From the NCBI RefSeq assembly GCF_009914755.1, contig NC_060932.1: 64,000 bases of DNA; one strand, given 5' to 3'. Under the pieces are notes generated by a model that ran no database searches, was not told the DNA's origin, and saw only the letters and a list, made by a program, of their open reading frames with translations. Numbering within the stretch: the first letter of the stretch is position 1; the number at the start of each line of letters is the position of its first letter. Of the stretch, positions 58,327 through 64,000 are shown piece after piece. The DNA is from the human T2T-CHM13v2.0 reference genome, Homo sapiens. Made by a program: the position numbers and the translations under genes.

Positions 58327-60085
58327 TTTGTGTATAATTTTTGACAAGTTTTTTTTGTGGTAAAATTTATCTAGAGAAAAAGAGCAAAAGATATTTTTCC
58401 TGTGAAGATAGTATTACCAATGTCTTCTAAAATATCTGTAATGTATATATATATATATATATATGCTCAACTACTAGAGAATAGTAAGCAAAAATAGGGA
58501 TTTAATATAATTCACTGTGCAGGAGAGAAGTTGTTAACAGGAGGGGAAAAAGTAGAAAACAAAAGCAGAAGAGAGCTAGAAAGAGCAGTACATGAGAGAT
58601 AGAGGAGGTTCATCCCAGGCATTCCATCTAGAAACCACATGTAATAGCACAAAACCGTACCCCATATATAGATAGTGACTCTGCATGAAGAAAAGTAGAA
58701 AGTGGACTAAGGCCAATTGGACTAGGTAAGGGGCAAGCCTTTTCCCAAGGACAGCACTGAGATATTGAAGTGTGATGAGGAAACGACTTCTACAACTGCT
58801 CAAGAGGCAGCCAAGACTATTTGTAGAGCCTGCTTTGCAGGACCTAGATGAGCATTTGCTGCCCCCCCATTCTAAGAGGGAACTGAGCAGCCTGCATAGG
58901 GTTAGAGGCTCACTTTAACATTTCCTGGTAGGGTCCAGGAAAGAACTGACAGGATTTCCGTGTTACATTTCAACATTGTTTCTTGAGTAACATTAACTTA
59001 TTAGACCCAAATTCCATAATAATCCAGCTGAGATCTGAAAGATGTTCTTTCAGTGCTAGACCTGAGTCTAGACTTAAATGAAACCTTGGCTCCCTGGAGA
59101 CTTCTAAGTTCCAGCCAGATGAGTCTATATTGTTTTCTAATGTAGTTTCAATAAAGTGGAGTAGTAGTGGTTTATTGGCTTGTTTTTTAAGGCAATACAT
59201 AAATTAAAATTAGTCAACTGCATTCCTGGGCTAAGGAGTAGCTCTAGTTGCTAAGAAATATATTCTGTTAGTTTTCAGCTATAGTCCTATTTATTTCTCC
59301 TGCATTGAAATCTAATGTTATAAGATAAAATATTTTCTATTAAATTTGATACGTTTAAGTAAAACTACATATGCCTTCATCAAAGGAATGAGTACCACTC
59401 TTCAAAGCAAAATCAATTTGCAATTGTGACAGATGATGTTTTTCAAATTTAGCTGCAATTCCACAATGGTACTTTGATGTCTTTGAAGTAATTGACATGA
59501 GGAGTGATTCTCTATTTTACCCTGTTCTACTTTCAGTTTAGTCATTCCTCAGAGGGATACTCTAGAGGGCCCATGCTTCTTGCAGTTTTTATTTTGCAAA
59601 CTACTTTGCATTGTAAATAAAAGTCTGCTTTAAAAAAAATCTGATTTGACAATGGGAAAAGTTTTCTCATTTTTATACAAAAATCTGTTCTTCCCTTAAG
59701 ATTTAGTGTTTATGATCCATAATATATCATGTATATTATATCATTTATCTTAATCGACAAATAGTTCTATTTTAAGCAAACATAAATTGCATTTTGTTTT
59801 TGTTTTTTTATTTTTTCAAAAAAGTCTGAAGACTAAAGAATCAAGTTAAACACTCTAATTTCCTCAGAAATTTCTGGGGAATATCTAGTCTGAGATTATT
59901 AGAAACCAGAAGGAAAAGAGACAGAAGATAAATAGACTGGAAACAAATAAGTATCCAAGATCTTGAAACTTGGCTCTTGAATGAGGTGTGAATACTGCCA
60001 GTCCACCTAATAAAAGCTCGGAGGCAGATATAGCTGTTCCATTGTAATGGCTTTAAAATCTTTCATCTCTGATTGTTGTGGATTC

Positions 60086-61028
60086 AAAATATTTCTAAAT
60101 TCCATTATCCATTTGCATACCCTTCAGTCAAAAGATTTAGGATTAAATGCTCGTGTCACTGAGAATCCCCATTTGTAACTGGCATAATCATTCAGTATTC
60201 CAGGATCACTAGAAGTAATGAGAAGTTGATAAAATTGAAATGGTTTTCAGAAAAATAAGGACAGTGCAGTAAATTTTTTACAAATATAAACATATTTCAT
60301 TTAAAGAATTGTCTTCGAAATATGAGATTGTTCTTTCCTTAAGCCTTTTTCCCTTATAAAATAATTACTGTAGTCAATAGTAGGCTATTTATTGTTGTTT
60401 TTAACATCCATACTTGGCAAAATGAAAAATTGTCATCTTATGTTAGTCCCCAGTTGTTTTCTTTGAAACTGTACTAAACTCTAAAAATCTAGAATGGGAA
60501 CTACTACTATTGAAATTATCAGTGAGAACTTCTGTGATTTTCCTTTCCATCAAGCCCAGGGCTTAGAGGGAGGCATGTACAACTCACTGCCTTAGTTTTA
60601 TTTAGGAAAACTGAAGCTTCATAGCAGCTTTGAGTGAGCTGGAAAGAGTTTTCTCACATCTAAGACATTTTCTTTAAAGGATAAATTGTATATCCTGGTT
60701 TCCATCAATCTTCAAGGAGCTGGATTAAAATATCATTGACTGCTGAAATACATATTACAACATAGTTCCTCAAAGTAGTATCTGGCATGATTTAATTATT
60801 GCTTCATCTGAATCCCTCTCACATTGAAGATTTACTCTATTTTGTAAAATTTAGCATCATTGGGTTATTTTAAAAAATATTTCTTAATTCCGTTATCCAT
60901 TTCCATAACCTTCAGTCAAAAGATTTAGGATTAAACGCTCATGTCACTGAGAATCCGTATTTGTAATTGGCAAAATCATCCAGTATTCCAGGATCACTAG
61001 AAGTAATGTGAAGTTGATAAAATTGAAA
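60086..61028. repeat. Non-tandem 155-bp direct duplication (60086-60240 and 60874-61028)
   Basis: 143/155 identical with no gaps, offset 788 bp, by hand alignment. Confidence 0.95.
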
Positions 61029-61095
61029 AATGTCCTATGTGATTTGACACAGACTTGAGAAAATACGGGGTCCCTGTGAGTTCGGTCCTAGGTGA

Positions 61096-61266
<171 letters not shown>

Positions 61267-63151
61267 TGATCTCTGATCACAGACAGGTCAGAATTGAACC
61301 AGTGAAACGTTGTCAATCACAGAAGCAGTACAGGGCCAGGAAGACACTGGCTGAGTTTAACAGTGTTTAATACAGATGTGCCAACAATGTCTTTAAGCCC
61401 AGAGTTGCAATAATAAAATGTGATTTTTTTTCTTTTAGAGAACATGAACTAATTTTTCTAAGGTTCATACTAAAAATAAAAGGCAAGGACAAGTGTTTTG
61501 GTGGAATAATCAGTAGTAGTTGAGTCACAGTTGAAACTTTATCTCAATATCAAGTAACCTTTCAGAAAATAAAATCAATTAACAGAATAATGCTATCAGG
61601 CTAACATAATATTCATATATAATTAAATTAACTGCAGCAAAATTTGACAGGTTTCAACAATTATTATAATGCCCAACTCCTGCCTTTGCTGCCACCCTGA
61701 AAGACTTCAGTACCCAAGTTCAGGAACATCAAGACTAAGACCATGCACCTGGCTACCCACAGGCCAAGTTATTTGATCATATATTTTACAATTTAATAGC
61801 CTCTGTCTTTTGAATTATCAGCCCTGACCCAGCTCCTTTCTAGTACCAGTCTAATGCTCTTTTCATATGGCTACAGATATTTTTTGAGTCACAAGTATAT
61901 GAGACCTGGTATAAACTTAGAAGTAGGCCACAGTTTGAAAAGTGTGCTCTATGAGGCTTTAGACGCCTCAGAAGCCTCCTTGGAGTTAAGATGGGGATTA
62001 GGAAGAGACCCGGTAGGTAGACAGACTTATGCCTCTTCGAATCCCAGCCCTTCCTCTGACCAGTGTAACTTCCCTGTATCTGTTCTAGATACTGGCATTC
62101 AACATAAGACTTAATTTGCTGGAAGAGTTCCATTTCTTATAAAATAAATAAATAAATAAAGTGTGAAAGCCCTTGATAAATCCAACCTCTTCATTTTGCA
62201 GATGAGAAAACAAAGGCTCAGGAAAGTAAATCGATTTTCCTAGACCTGTATATCTAATTAGTGATAGACCTCGGTCTCAAACTCAGGGCTTGTAACTGAA
62301 TTTAGTGCCCTTTCCCATTTACAGCCCCAATCTCAGGTTCTCCTCAGAGCTTTGTCCCAGGATTTCACTAAAGTAAGGCTATCTGGGTGACACCTAAATG
62401 ATGAGAACTCATGGGGACCTAGGGCCCCTGAGCTACCACACACAGGAGCCTGTCAGTTTGTTGACTCATATCACTGGGGTGAGGGTTGGAGCGTACCCTT
62501 GGCAGTGAGCCATACAGGGCTCAAGAATGAAAAGAAGCACATGTGAGGTGGTAGTGTAGCATAATGGATGAGAGAAATAAACTCTGGTTCAAATCGCTGT
62601 ATACCACATTCACAGTTTTCTCATTTATAAAATGATACTGATGGCTGCCTCACATGGTGAGTAATGAACAAAGTGGCATATGTAAACTATATAGCACAGA
62701 GTTAAAAATATAATAATTGGAGTTATCAAGGACTAGTAGCAACACACCCATGTACAGGCAAATGGACATTTCCTCCGACTTTCATACGGCTCATTTTTAA
62801 AAAACATAAGCCATGTACCTAGCACATGGTCAACTCACACTAACCCTTGTTAAGGTAGATGAGGAATGATAGACTAAATGGAATCTTTCTTAATTAAAGA
62901 TTTCTATTACAAATGTATTATTTCCAATTCAGAAAGGCATACTTGCCTATACTTTTTAATAAAAAAAATAGATTTTAGAAAGTTTTTAACATGCTGTCTA
63001 TGGCACTGAAATGTTACTGTAACTGAAATATTCTGTCATGTTGCCTAAATCAATATTTCCCTTTGAGGAACTCTGTAAAATTCATTATTATGTAAAACAA
63101 CCCTTACAGCAAAGGACTTTGATAACCAATTTGCACTTCAGTTTAAAGGAT

Positions 63152-63189
63152 TATGGAGAACTCATTTAAATATGGAGAACTCATTTAAA
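63152..63189. repeat. Perfect 19-bp tandem duplication
   Basis: TATGGAGAACTCATTTAAA twice. Confidence 0.95.
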
Positions 63190-64000
63190 TATAAATCACC
63201 TCAAAGAGAAAAATGTGGTCCTTATTCCATCATAATATACCTTTCAGTTTGCTGCAATGACTAATACCTTCCATATATCTTTTTGGAAGATCATTTAGAA
63301 ATGTAACACTAAAATTCAAAGCTTGCATCTTTTTTTCATGAGATGTCACTTACTTTTGAACATGTTTAAACTTTTACAGTCATGAGACAGTTGCTTTTAA
63401 AATAATAAGACTTAGTCCTTTGATATTTATGTCTCTTTAACTTTTTATGAAGAAAATGAATTTGTAACTCCATTCTTTTAGTAATTGTTTCCTGAATAGT
63501 GTATTTATAGAAATAAAAGATAAATGTTTTATATATTTTACTATATTTTCTTCACGAAAAAAATCAGGTTTGCTTGGAAAGAATTAACACTACCTTATGG
63601 AAAGTAGAGTGAAATGCACTAAAACTCATTTTAAAATGCTCAGTGGCTCCTTATTCAAGGGGACAGTCATTACAATGCTTAATTAGTTGAAAGCTAATTA
63701 CTTACTTGGTAGCTAGCATTTACTCTTCATTATTACTCTTTCATAAATTTCTCACTCCTAATTTACTATTAGTTATTTATTTAATAGTGAAATTTTCCAG
63801 CAGAGAAATAATGGCAGGAAGGAGATGGAGAATCTGAAAGTGTGGGGAAGGACACACAACATGGGCTGTGCCTGAGGTCAAGTTCCATAGTATCTTTTTT
63901 TTGGAAGCGAACTCCTAAGCTCTCAGTACATTACTTTGGATTTTCTATACCTTAAATTGCTCAAATAGATGTGTGTGTGGTGTCCTGTCATTTGAGATTG

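Overview
Human genomic DNA (a near-consensus, human-specific AluYb8 is present), almost entirely intronic. On the + strand lie three consecutive internal coding exons of RALYL, an hnRNP C/RALY-family RNA-binding protein: 37844-37891, 50162-50319 and 61148-61261. They splice in frame to [38 protein letters not shown]...[41 protein letters not shown]. The RRM-coding exons and the last exons are not in this window. The rest is typical primate repeat content: a full-length but dead sense-strand L1PA4-like element, older L1 fragments, about 11 Alus, THE1/MER41/MER51/MLT1/LTR33-like solo LTRs, MER82/MER20/Tigger-like DNA transposons and MIR/L2 remnants. A minus-strand GNPNAT1 processed pseudogene is split by a THE1 LTR. 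I found no prokaryotic-type system (no CRISPR array, operon or tRNA/rRNA gene) and cannot support a new biological system. The best leads are a candidate in-frame 60/57-nt MIR-derived cassette exon (41723-41782), an LTR-adjacent 82-codon ORF with a new ATG in the GNPNAT1 retrocopy, an open ORF0 in the L1, and two non-tandem duplications of about 92% identity in one intron. Gene and repeat names are recognised from memory of consensus sequences, not from database searches.
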